From positions 3,596,001-3,660,000 of the forward strand of contig CATNEN010000030.1 of assembly GCA_950097015.1 (NCBI GenBank): a stretch of DNA of 64,000 bases. The letters run 5' to 3'. Position 1 is the first letter of the stretch. Every line of letters starts with the position of its first letter. The stretch is from Macrostomum hystrix. Its lineage: Eukaryota > Animalia > Platyhelminthes. Below, piece by piece: positions 1-12,639 of this stretch. Position numbers and translations under genes: made by a program. Under the pieces are notes generated by a model. That model was not told the DNA's origin. It saw only the letters and a list, made by a program, of their open reading frames with translations, and searched no databases.

Positions 1-3000
1 TGTTTACTGTACCGCAACCTTCTTTACTACCTCACGGATGTACTCATGCCCAATGAGAGCAGACCAGTCCAGTTGTCGGACCTGGGTTTTGGGACTCCTA
101 AAAGGTCAGGTAAACACCTTGGCTAAGTTAAAGGAATTTTCCGCTCAGAATAAAAGTACAAACTGAATATTTACAGCTAAATGCAAAACTAGTGCAGATT
201 GGGCACACTTTCATATGGTACTCGTACTTTTACTGGACTTTGTCAACAAAGTCAATGATTTACGTGGTTGTATCACACTTTTTTATTTCGTTTAATAAAA
301 TAACCAGTATTTTTTCATTGCATTCTACTGCAAGAATCTTCCGATTTCTAAAATCTTCCAATTCCTAGAATCTTTTGATTCCTAGAATCTTTTGATTCCT
401 AGAATCTTTTGATTCCTAGAATCTTTTGATTCCTAGAATCTTTTGATTCCTAGAATCTTTTGATTCCTAGAATCTTTTGATTCCTAGAATCTTTTGATTC
501 CTAGAATCTTTTGATTCCTAGAATCTTTTGATTCCTAGAATCTTTTGATTCCTAGAATCTTTTGATTCCTAGAATCTTTTGATTCCTAGAATCTTTTGAT
601 TCCTAGACTCTTTTGATTCCTAGAATCTTTTGATTCCTAGAATCTTTTGATTCCTAGACTCTTTTGATTCCTAGAATCTTTTGATTCCTAGAATCTTTTG
701 ATTCCTAGAATCTTTTGATTCCTAGAATCTTTTGATTCCTAGAATCTTTTGATTCCTAGAATCTTTTGATTCCTAGAATCTTTTGATTCCTAGAATCTTT
801 TGATTCCTAGAATCTTTTGATTCCTAGAATCTTTTGATTCCTAGAATCTTTTGATTCCTAGAATCTTTTGATTCAGTCCTTGAATCTTCCGATTGATTCT
901 AGGAGAGATATTTCCTAGAAAGATCCTAGAATCTTTCGAATTTGATGCAGTGTGTATCATCTAGTCGCACATACTTCAAAAAGCGCGAAGTTTCAGGATT
1001 TATTTCCTGTAGAATCAATTGAAATTTCACGTCGCATGCGTCGTTATAGCAATTCCGGAAAATCTTCTGATTTTTTTCTACAGAGATGCAAGTGGCAGCA
1101 GCCGAGTTCCACCGCCGCGGAGTCCGAGCCTGCGGCGGGCCGCCCACCAGCTGCTCAGCCGGGACGAATGCGCCACTTTCAAAGCCGCGCTGCGGGCTTT
1201 CCGCGAAACCACCACCGCCGAGCAGCTGGTGGACAGCCTGGCGCCCGTCATCGACTCGCCTAGGAAGCTGGGCCTGCTCCGCGACATCGCCCTGCTGCTG
1301 CCGGCAAGCCAGAGGGCCGATTTTGTCCGTCTGGCCAGGCGGCGCTTCCCCGGCTGCGAGCGCCTCTTGCCGCATGGCAACGGCGAGGCCGCCAGCTTTG
1401 GCGGCGAGCATGCCAAGTGCGAAAATCATGATGGCGACGGTGACTGGCCACCGGCTATAACGGATGAAAAGATCACACTAGCAGAGAGTGCGCACGTGCG
1501 GCGATTTAAGGGCGAGGTTGAGAGGCCCAGGGTGATTAAGCTCAATGCGGCTACGTTTCAGGTGATCAGTCTATAATCGATCGATGGTGGTATCTCTGTA
1601 GCCAGAGTTGGCTTCTGATATACTAAGTGGCCCTTTCACATTCAGGTGCGCTATCGGTCTCGACTAGCCTCCACATCATCAGCATCGCATTCAGCCTCTT
1701 CAACATCTGCAGCGTCAGTATCGATCTCAAACTCGTCTCAGGATTCGCCGCCGTTGCGTCTGCAGCATCAGGATCAGCAGCATCTGCAGCCGCCGCCGCC
1801 ATCGACTTCGACCAGCATCGGGGCACCGGGCCGTGCTAGAGCCGCCTCAGTCACCGGACTCCTTGGCCGACGTGATTCCACAGCCAGTGTCGGCGGCGGC
1901 TTCGGCGGCAGCATTGGATTCTTCGGCGGGCCGCAGGACAAAGGCTTCTGGGCTTTGAATAGCCCGCGCCGTGGACTTCAAGAACTTCGACGTCAGGAGA
2001 GATTGCAGGTGCTCGGCGCTGAAGCAGCTGCAGCGGCTGCCACAGCAAAGCTCCACAACGGCAGTGGCTCGACACTGTCACTCGCGCCAACATCTTTGAG
2101 CAAGCCAGGAGTCAGCTTCATGTGTGAGTTCTTTGTCAGAATGACAATCCACGAAGCGCTTTTGTTTACTTCGAACACCTGGGTTATAACACCTGGGTTA
2201 AAAAACACCTGGGTTATAACACCTGGGTTAAAACACCTGGGTTAAAACACCTGGGTTATAACACCTGGGTTAAAACACCTGGGTTATAACACCTGGGTTA
2301 AAACAACAGGGTTAAATCTTAAGCAGAAATAATCGAATAGACAGAGCGCACCGGGCTCGATTCTGCATTGAGATCGAAGGACCATTTTTTAGCTAGTAGA
2401 AACGTTTCTATGAAGCCAAGCACTTTTAAAATCTAAAATTGGTTATCCATACTGTCACAAGCAGTAAGCCAAGAAGCAGGGAAACAGCCTACTGGTTTCC
2501 CTAATAGTACACTAAGCATGGCATGCGGGAATCTGCGGCAGCAAACAGCATGGCAACTAAAATGAAATTCCTTCGATGATATTAACTGAACACGAAGAGC
2601 GGCCCTCACGCAGTCATTCCTCCATCGCAGAGCGGACTTAAAAAAAGTTCAGCTCGAATCGCTGTAAATATTCAGGCATTCACGGCAGCCAATTCTGCTA
2701 TCCAGCATAAAGGCCTCTTCCATTTATGACTTCGCTGCGCCAATAGTCATCTGGCCGATGATTGAAATCTGGCCTAGCAAAAAGTCTAGCCGAAAGCGAA
2801 AGGGTTGGCCACGGCACTGTCGCATGTAATAAGACGCTATTAATTTGAACGCACGGCACCCATTTGATGCCCGTTAGGAGCTCCAGAAGAATGATTCCGA
2901 AAATCCTGTTCGCCTGAAAAGTGCATCTCTGACTATAGCCGGCAGCACGGCCTCCAGACTAAACTAAAATACACATACAACATAGGCCCCCCAAACAACA

Positions 3001-6000
3001 GTCACAGTAGTAACCATAGGCTGGGATTTGCGAGAATGTGTACAGCAGCCTCGCAAATCGCCGCTAGGATCGCCGCTAGGACACATCGTCGAATTTTCAT
3101 CCGAACTGAGCCAGTAGTCAGCCAGCCGGATGACTTCAAGAAGAGCCGCCTCACCTAAAATTCCTGGTAGTCTCTCGTTTTCAATGCAGAAAAAACCTCG
3201 CGAAACAGTTAGGACAAAAATCTGCAGGAGAAAGGACCCGTAACAGAGGAAGTAGCGTGCCGATCTGCGCCAAGGATTTTTTGTCGATGAAAAGAGACCT
3301 TGCTAGCTCTCTCTCCCCGTCCCTCTCCCTCTCTCCATCTTCCTGTCACCGTGCCTCAGTCTCCGTTTGCGGGTCAAAGAAAACTGATGGAGATGATGAT
3401 CGTTTGCAGAAGAAAGTGCGGACGAAAAAGCCTTCTGTAATTTTCAATGGGAAGCATCTCGGCTACCTTGAGAGTTTGGAACGCTAGAACTTGCACTCTT
3501 GACCTTTACGGAGTGAACCTGCGGGACGAATGAGGAAAAAGTTGATTGGGAAGCAGGCTAATATTTTGTTGTTCGGACCCCGTCAAAATACGTCTGCGCA
3601 CGCACGAAGTACTGCACTTTAGCCCCACTGCATTAGTCATACTGTAAAGCTTTTGTTGACATCCGGGATGTATAAACGAACACACTTCAAGGGCAGTTTC
3701 TACTTCTAAGAATACTTTGTTAAAACGCTGCAAACTCCGAAGCAGCATTCATTTTTCACCTTGCTACCAGCGTACCAGCGTACCTTTTTCACCTTGCGCG
3801 GATTCTTCTACCTTGAACAAGTAATGTGTGTTAGCTTTTCAAGACCCTCGAGTACTAAAGGCGTGGATTTTCATTTTTACGAGGTATGCTTGTATTTAGC
3901 TCGTATTTGCATGATTATTTGATTGGACGGGTCCAAATATGTGTATGACAAAGCTCAAGCACAAACATCGGCACTTGACCGTTCTTTGTTAATCTGTAGT
4001 CGATTGTACTATGCCCCCAATCCACTCGTTTTGCAGTGTCTAATGAGACCATGAGCGCAGAACCTGGCCGATACCGAGTCCCAGCTCCGGGTCGCGTCAG
4101 CACACCCGGTAGCCCGCTGGTGAGATCAGCTGCGGCTTCAGCGAGCGTCGGTCAGCAGCTGCTCCGACCGAGAGCCTTCTCAGTCCTGACATCAGCTCAT
4201 CGACCAGCGACATCTGCTCTAGAAGTCAGTGATAGCGGCACCGGCTCCGAAGAGAAGGTTAGGATTGAATTGGCAGACATTTCTTCTGGCAAGACTTTCG
4301 AGAAGCTGGAAGCGGATGAGGTCCTGACAGTCACAACTGGCTATCGAGGCGAACCGGACAGCTGGGATAAGCAGGCCGGAGCAACACACAGCCGACTCCA
4401 AGATGAAGCGACTCTGGATAAAATGGAGGCCCGAGAAACTCAGAAGCTGGAAGCACCCGACAAGGCGCCTCAAGGAGGCCGTAGTCCTCAGATTAATCAC
4501 AGGGCAGCAGCAGAGGAGCTGCGCCAAGTAAATAGCACGCTCGTCACTGCCAACACTTCTCCTAAGAGAACTCAACAGACTTTAATTCAGCCAGATAGGG
4601 GCTACACGGTAACTAAAGAGCCGCACCAGTCAAATAGCAACCAGGCTATGCACAGGTCGCCAACAGGTGAGACGGCACCAGGTGAGACTCGTCCAAACAC
4701 AGGCACAAGAAAATCAGTCACCTACCGAGCAACGGCAGCGGATGAGGAGCAACAATCTTATAGCGCGAAGGTCCAGCACGAAGTGTCTACTGACGATACT
4801 CACCCGGTCACGAGAGACAAATCAGTTACACGCAGCACAGCATCAAATGAGCTACCAAAACCAACAAAGAAGACTGACAACAAGCAGGTTTTACACAAGG
4901 AATTGCCTGAGGAGACTTATCATAAGGCAGGTAGCAAACCTGTGAGACGCAAGGCGTCGGCATGCGAAGCTTATCCTACAGAAGGTTTTATCCTACAGAA
5001 AGAAAAAGCAATGTCAAGCAGAGCGCCGGAATCTGATTGTGCGATAGACGAGGCTGCATCCAAATTAGCTGACAAGCGTGCTGCATCAATGGAGACACCA
5101 AAGAAGGATCAAGTGAGTAAGCGGACAACACCTGTTGCCTCTTCTGGGGACACGTCGGTGTCTGGAGGAAAGAAGTCAGATCCTGGGGTCTTACAGGGGA
5201 GCAATCAGACAGCTGGAGGCGGAGGCACAAGATCGCAGGCATCGCCAGGAGGCAGTCGCGGCAGCAGGCGACAGCGACACCACAGCGGCAGTCGGTGGAC
5301 TCAAACGGAGCCTCCTGCTCAGCTAGAGACGTCCGCCTGCCAGACTGAAGACACAATCGCTGCGAGTGTCTCTACTGAGCCTAGCAACGACGTTGTCCAG
5401 CCGGTCTTGATGAGCCCCGACCAAGGCGGCTGCAGCGCAAGTGGAAGCAATATTCTAGGGTCGGGTAAGTCGTCAATCTCTATGGTACTTGGCCAAATTA
5501 CCATGGTATTATGACCATGCTTTACTTAATAGAGCTAAGCTAGCTCGTATATTAGTTGCTTGCACGTGAAAACTCCAAGCAGCTCGAATGTAGTTTCTTG
5601 AGTGCACAGAGCACGACCCTTTAACAGAGCTTTACTGACCCCCGACTGGACTGGGTATCCTACCAGCTTTGGCTGGAAACACACTACCAACCCAGGATGA
5701 ACAACAGGTTCTTTGAATTCAATGCAATAATACAATACCATCGATAAGGCTTTGTGATTCTGGGTACTGTTCATTGTTACATAAGTAATATCAAAGTGCT
5801 TTTTGACTATCACTAAAGCTTTAGGGTACTGCATGCACAACGAGACACTTACAAGCAGACTCGTAGTACAAAGCCGCTGTAGGCCCATTAAGCTAAATGA
5901 ATGAACTGATAACGCTGCAAACACACAGGAATGGAAGTCTGTCTGAAGGATGATAGCACAACAATTGTAACCTTAAATGCTTATTCTAAGAATCGGTTTC

Positions 6001-7319
6001 TGTGCGACTTCGACTGAAGTTCGAATCTCAGCTGCGCATAATCCTTCTGCTCCAATTGACGATACAGTTATAATTAATCATGAAGGATTAATTAGCTGCG
6101 TCTTTCTAACTTCTCATACATTTGAGAGAAGTTCATCAGGCCCTACGCTTAATTAGGTAGAAGGAACTAGTCCTGTGATGTAGAGTACAGGCATTGGAGG
6201 CTTCGGTATTTACATGTAGTTTGCAGTCTTGTTCTAGTCGACTTTGCCATGAAGGAATGTTGTTCTGTATTTTTCTTTACTACCCAGACTCAATCCGAGA
6301 TCATAAACGGCCGGCGGGGACTCAAACCTCTCCGGACATTAAGCCCGCATCGGCCTGGCCACCTTGGCGGTGTCGCCATCACAGCACCGAGCCTGAAGCT
6401 GGAGTCAAACCTGCAGATATCAGTCAACCTGCATATCACTGCAGCCCGCACTCTCCTCAGCTGCCATCAGCGGTACCTCAGAGTGCCTCGATGCCAGCCG
6501 ACCTTGTCCTGCAGTGGCTCGCCGGCCATATGATGGCGCAGGCGGCTGCAGCAGCTGCAGCAGCGGCGGCAACGACCTCGTCACAGGAGCAGCAGCAGCA
6601 ATTTATAAACAGGCGCGCAGTGACGCTAAAGCGGGACAGCAACTGTCAGCAGCGCTGCCAGTCGCAAGTCCAACAGCATCAGCAGCAGCACCAATTCGGC
6701 ATATCGGTGGCCAGAGGCGGGCCAAAGAAAGCTCCGGACTCAACTCAGCCGTCCTCATCCGTGGTGGTGTCCTCCGTGGCGATTGGCTCGCCAGCGCATC
6801 AGATGGTGAGCAAACGGGGTTTATTCTGTAGTTCTTCTGGATCACCATTGCGCCATCGCTATTAATAGAAGCTGAATCGAACCCGATTGCAAGTAATACC
6901 TGCCCGGACAGCCAGCCGATCAAAAGATGTTTTTATGAAAGAAATTCAGCATAGCGTTTATGGGGCTATAAATCGCGGCTCCCAGTCCATGGACTGAGTA
7001 GCTGTACACAGCCTTTAAAAGCGACGCGCAATAGCTGTCAATGTGCCACACTGGCCCAGGCTAATTTCTCAATCTTTATATTCTATCCAAGTCTATATTT
7101 AGAACTTCCAAACGCGTCCGTTCCGCCAAAGAAAGCACCACAAGTCCTCAAAACACCACCCGATCACGCGCCATGCAGGGTATCCAACCTGGCGACGAGA
7201 TTCTTGAAGTCGACGGAGCGCCAGTGGACACCATGACACTGCAGCAGTTGGCGGAGGCCATCAGCCAGCAGAAGACTGTCAGCCTTCTAGTCATCAGGCC
7301 CAGCAGAGAACACGATTAA
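1..7319 (+). CDS. Whirlin/PDZD7-like scaffold protein (HHD + long low-complexity linker + C-terminal PDZ), 5'-truncated by the window edge
   Basis: Hand-built exons 1-104, 1084-1561, 1646-2123, 4037-5464, 6288-6805 and 7179-7319 have GT/AG ends and compatible phases (2,0,1,1,0); the total of 3147 nt ends at TAA 7317-7319. Exon 2 encodes a harmonin-homology-like domain (LRRAAHQLLSRDECATFKAALRAF...QLVDSLAPVIDSPRKLGLLRDIALLLP). The last two exons join into a PDZ domain (FGISVARGG...VVVSSVAIGSPAHQM|GIQPGDEILEVDGAPVDTMTLQQLAEAISQQKTVSLLVIRP). AATAAA motifs lie near 7400-7420. HHD plus a terminal PDZ fits the whirlin/PDZD7 family. Exact orthology and any extra exons in 2124-4036 are not established. 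Confidence 0.8.
361..874. repeat. 17-bp tandem repeat (ATTCCTAGAATCTTTTG), about 30 copies, inside the 105-1083 intron
   Basis: Directly visible, near-perfect copies, with degenerate copies on both flanks (about 335-360 and 875-945). Confidence 0.97.
2174..2316. repeat. 13-14-bp tandem repeat (AACACCTGGGTTA[T/A]), about 10 copies, intronic
   Basis: Directly visible just after the 2123/2124 donor site. Confidence 0.93.
6975..7050 (+). mobile_element. 3' fragment of the local tRNA-headed SINE family
   Basis: CCCAGTCCATGGACTGAGTAGCTGTACACAGCCTT matches the reverse complement of the body of the full copy at 37676-37990. Confidence 0.55.
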
Positions 7320-7566
7320 AACTCCTAGTGTCCAACACGCGCGCCTATACAGTGCACACGGACCTTACAGTCATTGTGAAATTGTATTTTATTACCAAAT
7401 AAAGCGCCAAACGAGAATAAAACGTGTGTCCTAAAACATTGTAGCCAACAAAATCGGATTTCAATGCTGCTTTTTCCTTGCGGTTCGCGTGGGCCTTTTG
7501 TGGGTCACTTTTGGTTGAACGGATTCTCTCAAATAGCCAGCTTTCTAGAGACTAAGTATATAATAC

Positions 7567-7824
7567 AGGGGCAGTTTTACTTCCCAAAAGTTTCCCATTA
7601 GGGGATTATGAAATTTGGGGGACATGGAATTGGGATTTATGGAGTTTGGGTGATGTAATATTTGGGGATTATGAAATATGGGGTATGGGATATATTGGTT
7701 ATATATAAAGTTTAGTGTATACTTTATATTGAGAATATGAAGTTAGGAGGATGTGATCCGATGGGGATATGAAACTCTTTTTCATACTTTGAAGTAGCGG
7801 TAAGTGGGGTTTGTGATAGCACCC
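7567..7824. mobile_element. Degenerate G-rich, internally repetitive element (possible old MITE)
   Basis: Loose repeats of a TGGGGATATGAA-like motif. It ends in TTGTGATAGCACCC (7811-7824), identical to the right terminus of the MITE at 38308-38321. The left terminus and TSD are not resolved. Confidence 0.35.
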
Positions 7825-8644
7825 AAATGATGCATACTCGTGAAATTCATAAGTCTTGAAGAAGGAAGTTCAATAACTAACAGCAGTTAATTAACAGGGA
7901 AATTGAGCCAAACGATAAACACAGCACTATTACAGGCTAAAAAAGCTACAATATATTTGTTTCTTTTACACAGCTGCAACCTATATTGAGCACAAACAGA
8001 TACTTGGATATAAGATATGAATTGAAATTTGAAACTTCTCGAGCTGAAAATTGAATAGAAAATTACAAAACAAGACAGCGAAAAAAACTGGCATTTTACT
8101 GTGTTGGTTTCAAAGCACTTAGATTTTTGTGAATCGAATGACTAACTGGCAGAGTGAGGAAGGACTCTCGTTATAACTTTCAAGTATTACTTGTAGTCAC
8201 ATAGAAAGCAACAATTGTTACAGTTCTTATGTAACCAAAAAGTTAATAGTGAGTTTTAATGACTTAACCGTTTATATAATTGATCTAAAATTGAAGTTGA
8301 TCTACAAAAAAATAAAGCGCGCATGCTGTGGGCAAAAAAAATATTAGAAAATAGTCAAAAAAGAACAAACACAAAGTTCTTGTGCGGCGATTCGCAAAAA
8401 CACCGAATGATAAATAAACAAAAAAACATCAGCAAACAAATAAAAACATTAAAAATGTAAACAAACAACACTCTTATAAATGCTATACAAGCAGCGTGTA
8501 GACACGGAATTTACAGGTGTAGAAGTTCATTGTATGACCCTAAAAACCAAGTATGACCCAAGTCTATCTAGTATATACCAAATAAATATACTTATTTGGT
8601 TTTGTATTTAATGTCAAACGAGCAACAAGCTGGTGATCATCGTG

Positions 8645-8646
<2 letters not shown>

Positions 8647-8674
<28 letters not shown>
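8647..8674. repeat. (CA)14 microsatellite
   Basis: Directly visible. Confidence 0.97.
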
Positions 8675-8675
<1 letters not shown>

Positions 8676-9608
8676 CGGTGTGACAACTGATTTGAAGAAA
8701 TCGATAGTTTGAAATCAATGCTATGATATGCAGCGCAGCATAAGGTTAATCAGCGAACCAACCGGCAAAGCAAAAAAAACACAGACATAGAAGGCAATAT
8801 TACGAGTGCAAACAAAAACTACTTTGGCTAAAGAATGAAGCTATGAAATGAAAATTAACTAAAGCAGTGATATATACAGCTTTAAAGTTTTTAAACATTT
8901 AGAGTAAATATTTGTTTGTTACTTATTGGTTGAAAATGACGCGTTCGATAACACTGTTCATATGTGGCTTTTGTTTGTCAGCAAATTATTGTCTCCTTTT
9001 AGTTAGCTAGTTTGCTAATATCTAAACTCAAACTTTGACGGAAAGAAAGTTTAAATGAACATAGTTTAAAAGTCTACAACACAAAAAACACCAAATATAG
9101 GTATCTAAATATTTTGTAACGTCACAACAATGTTTTCAGATATCCGAGTAGCTACAATAGCTACACCACTAAACGGCAGTTTTTTTAATAAAAAAGTACG
9201 TAGTATAGCAGATTTTGGATTAACACCAACCGCTTATACAATGCATTACAGACAGCACAAAGTATCACACATGACAAGCTATTTAAGTCAAAATAACTGC
9301 TCCATTTATTTCATCGGAGCCACATAACTAGACAAAACTGAAAAGCAAGCAGTGTTTTCTGTTTAAAAAAGTCACATGGATACCCTAACATACTACTCAT
9401 CACAGTGATTCAGTAGTAATCGGAGAAATAATAGTGACAGCCGTGAATGACGTCCATTGAAGGTCGGCAGTAGCAGCGGACCGGTGAGTCGGACGTGTAA
9501 CCGCTATATAAAAGAGATAAATGAGTACAAAAACAATGCATTTTCGGAGTTATGTGACTCAATGCTTAACTATCTGAGTAGTATTGTTCATTGGATTTTA
9601 ACACGCAC

Positions 9609-9688
9609 TCACCCAGCAAATGCAGTAGAGGCAGAACTGCTAGCGCACATGGCAATATCGGAAATGGATGTTGTGCATTTGACGTCTA

Positions 9689-9729
<41 letters not shown>

Positions 9730-10085
9730 GCAGAGCTTGGCTCAGTTTCCTGTAGCTCCATTGGCTCATTGGTGGCGCAGAGCACAATAGCATTGTTATT
9801 GTTGTTATTAGGAATCAGGTTCCAGGCTGCTACTGAATACTGCTCCTGCTGCTGCTGTTGCTGACAGCCAGGAGGTCGCGGCTCAGAGTCCCCGCAGGCG
9901 CTTGTGATGCAGATACGCTTTGCTTCAACTGTGTGCTAAAATTTTTATTTATATTCTTTGTACTCAGTTTCCAATCCCGTAAAAATAAAAAAGCAAACGA
10001 CTAACAATCTCACCTCATCAACAGACATGCCTTTGCGCTTAGCAGTTGAGAAACCATAAAACTGATCATTGTTGTATCCGGGCAT
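9609..10085 (-). CDS. Small orphan protein, about 132 aa, with poly-Q/poly-N/poly-A tracts and a possible bipartite NLS
   Basis: Exon 10085-10014 (MPGYNNDQFYGFSTAKRKGMSVDE, donor GTGAG) and exon 9935-9609 (HTVEAKRICITSACGDSEPRPPGCQQQQQQEQ...poly-A...STAFAG*, acceptor TTTAG) join in phase 0. A TTTTCAG acceptor lies 13 nt upstream of the ATG. The segments are GC-rich islands in AT-rich DNA. The model is not in the ORF track because it is spliced. No family recognised. Confidence 0.6.
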
Positions 10086-11704
10086 TGCTTAGGAATCTCT
10101 GAAAACAGAAGTATTAAAATAGAATACTGGCTAAGCAGATGTTGAGTTGGCTGAAATGCATATTATAGAAAACTGTATATAACGATTTCTTCAAACCATT
10201 TATGTACAATAGCTACACAACATAAACTATGAAAACAGTTTAAAACAGACATGCATCTTTAAAATATAGTGCTTGTAATATTACTGGTATCTAAAACATT
10301 TCCATGTTTACAAATGCTCTCAGTATTAAACATGTGCCAGAAACTTGATGCATAAAATAAGAAATTTTATTTTAAGAGAAAGACCACTCATGCCAAGGTA
10401 CAATATGATTTCATAGTGAATAATGAGAAGCAAATAGAGCTAAAAAATGGACCTTCTCAGTTCCACCAATATTTATAAATAAGGTTACGTAGGGAAAACA
10501 AGTAGCACTAAAGTGCAAAATAAAGACTGCCTGAACAAACAATGAAACATTCTTTATAGAGTTTAAAAATTGAATAAACCCTGTTACAATATAGGCATTT
10601 TTGAATCCTAAATTACAGAGTAAACAATGTATTCAGGATAGGCACATCAGCAAACTCTGCTTCTAAGCCACTTTTATTAATTGTAGGACATGTAAAAAAG
10701 ATTAAATAGTAAAAAAACTTATGAACATACTTCAAGTACTGACACTTTTATAATAGTAATTATTTTCTAAAGCCCCATTATAAAAAATTATTTTGGATAA
10801 TGTCATGTGGACTACAAAATTCAGGCATACATTTCTAGCATGTATACAGGGGTTGGTGGCAGAGTTAAAACATTTGCCTCTTGCACCAATGTCTCTGAGC
10901 TTGATTTTGTGGCAATGCCACATTTTTGGGGTAAAGCCAAGGAGTAAATACTTAGGGGATTGTCATACAATTATGCCCTTAAGGGCCAAGCTCCAAAGCA
11001 CAGTGAAATGTACACTGACTAAAATGAGAAAGTCTGGATAGATATACACATGTGTGAGCATGTGCCTGCATATAGTATGTCTGTGTGTGTTCAAGTCAAG
11101 AGTCAGCAAAATAGGGATGATTGCCTCCTTGCTGGCTATGGGTCTAGTCTTACCAAATAATGTGCCATTGGCCATAGCTTAGTTAAATTTGAATTCTTTA
11201 CTATCCTAATAGTTAAATTTAAAGACTTGTTTATTTGTTGTTTTATTATTTGTGGCCAATTTGACCTGTGACAATTCTGATGTGTGGCCATTTTGACATG
11301 AAAGCTTTATATATGTTGACCTACTTTTAGCACTATATACCTTGAGCTATGGTTGACAGGCATTTTGGTGCCTATGGAATGCATCAAACTGTTATTTGTA
11401 TATGTACATGCATGTATATATACATGAAAGGTTGCATTTTAATTGGAATTGTACTACTAAGGCAGACATATATTTGTTGTATAATGATTTATTTGTGACA
11501 CACAAACAAAAGCTAACAAATAAGCTAATGAAGAGAAAATTAAAAGCTATTGCATGAAAAACATTAAAAACAAAGTAAGTAAAAATTAAAGTTATATACA
11601 ACTAAACGTACAGGTAGAATAACCATAGGTGTAAAGCATCTAACTGTTAATAGCCAACAAAGTGGGTTCTATGATAAGAAGCTGAGTTGGAGTCATCTGA
11701 ACAT

Positions 11705-12134
11705 GGATCCTAGACACTTTGTCATCTTACAACTTTGTCATCCACTTTGAAGGTAGGACACTTTGTCATCTAGCCGATTGGCATGCTTAAAAGTTTGGTC
11801 AGTTTGTCATATACTAGGGGGCCTAATAAAAAGCAATCAAGCTTGTCATCAATAAAGTGAGGGTGGGGTGGTGGGGCAGAGGTGTGAACACTTCACACTC
11901 CAAATTGTCAAGAGGTGTCAAAACTGAATTCATAATAAGAGTTAAAAGATGTGCCAACACAGTATGAGGAGGGGTGGGGTGGTTCTGTTCTAACTTTGAA
12001 ATATTTTGTTTTAGCCTATAGATGACGAAGTGTGCACAAGTCTAAGTCTCTTCATCCACCCTCTGAGATATTGGACAGATTGTCATCTGGATAGGGCCTA
12101 ACAATGTTGTAAGATGACGAAGTGTCAAGGTACC
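11705..12134. mobile_element. MITE (GG termini, 8-bp TSD; Merlin- or Mutator-like)
   Basis: The left end GGATCCTAGACACTTTGTCATCTTACAAC is an inverted match to the right end GTTGTAAGATGACGAAGTGTCAAGGTACC. The direct repeat TCTGAACA lies at 11696-11703 and 12135-12142. Subterminal ACACTTTGTCATC repeats are present. The superfamily is inferred from the termini and TSD length only. Confidence 0.75.
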
Positions 12135-12639
12135 TCTGAACACTGCCCCCTAAGCATTATATATATTTGCTTGCATTTTCCAATTGGCTGCATACTGTCT
12201 GCACAAGGTACCAAAAAGCAAGACCAGGCACCAAAAAGCCTGGCACCTAAATGCCTGGCAACCTGAGCTGTGATCATAATTCATTATTTACAGAAAACAT
12301 AGGCCTAAATACAGATTATTTAATAATTAAAAAAACTATTGCTTTGCCCAACTATAGTCTGTTGCAGTCCATTTTGGTGTTTACACAGACCTGCTACATC
12401 AACACATCAAAAACTCTCCTTCCTAGCAGATCACAGTTTAAAGAACCCAGTGACAGTTGAAAAGGCTAGTTGAGATTAGGGCAAATGTGTCAGCCTAGTT
12501 CTCAATACACAGGAGGGAGGAGACCAAAGTGCTGACTAGCACTGAGCCAAACAACATTCCAATAGGAATAGGCCCTAGCTAGACTTGACATAGGGCCTAT
12601 CCTGGTGCAGCACTGGACCTAGGTGAGGTGGGCATATGC

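Noticed and set aside
926-2245. Numerous overlapping ORFs on both strands
   Set aside because: They are alternative-frame shadows of the GC-rich exons 1084-1561 and 1646-2123. The same applies to ORFs antisense to the channel and ABCF2 exons.
3500-3760. Decayed THAP-like or transposon ORF in the long whirlin-like intron
   Set aside because: Only scattered cysteine motifs in different frames, with no TIR or TSD found.
9457-9864. Plus-strand 135-aa poly-Ala ORF
   Set aside because: It is the antisense shadow of the minus-strand spliced gene, which has proper splice sites and a start codon.
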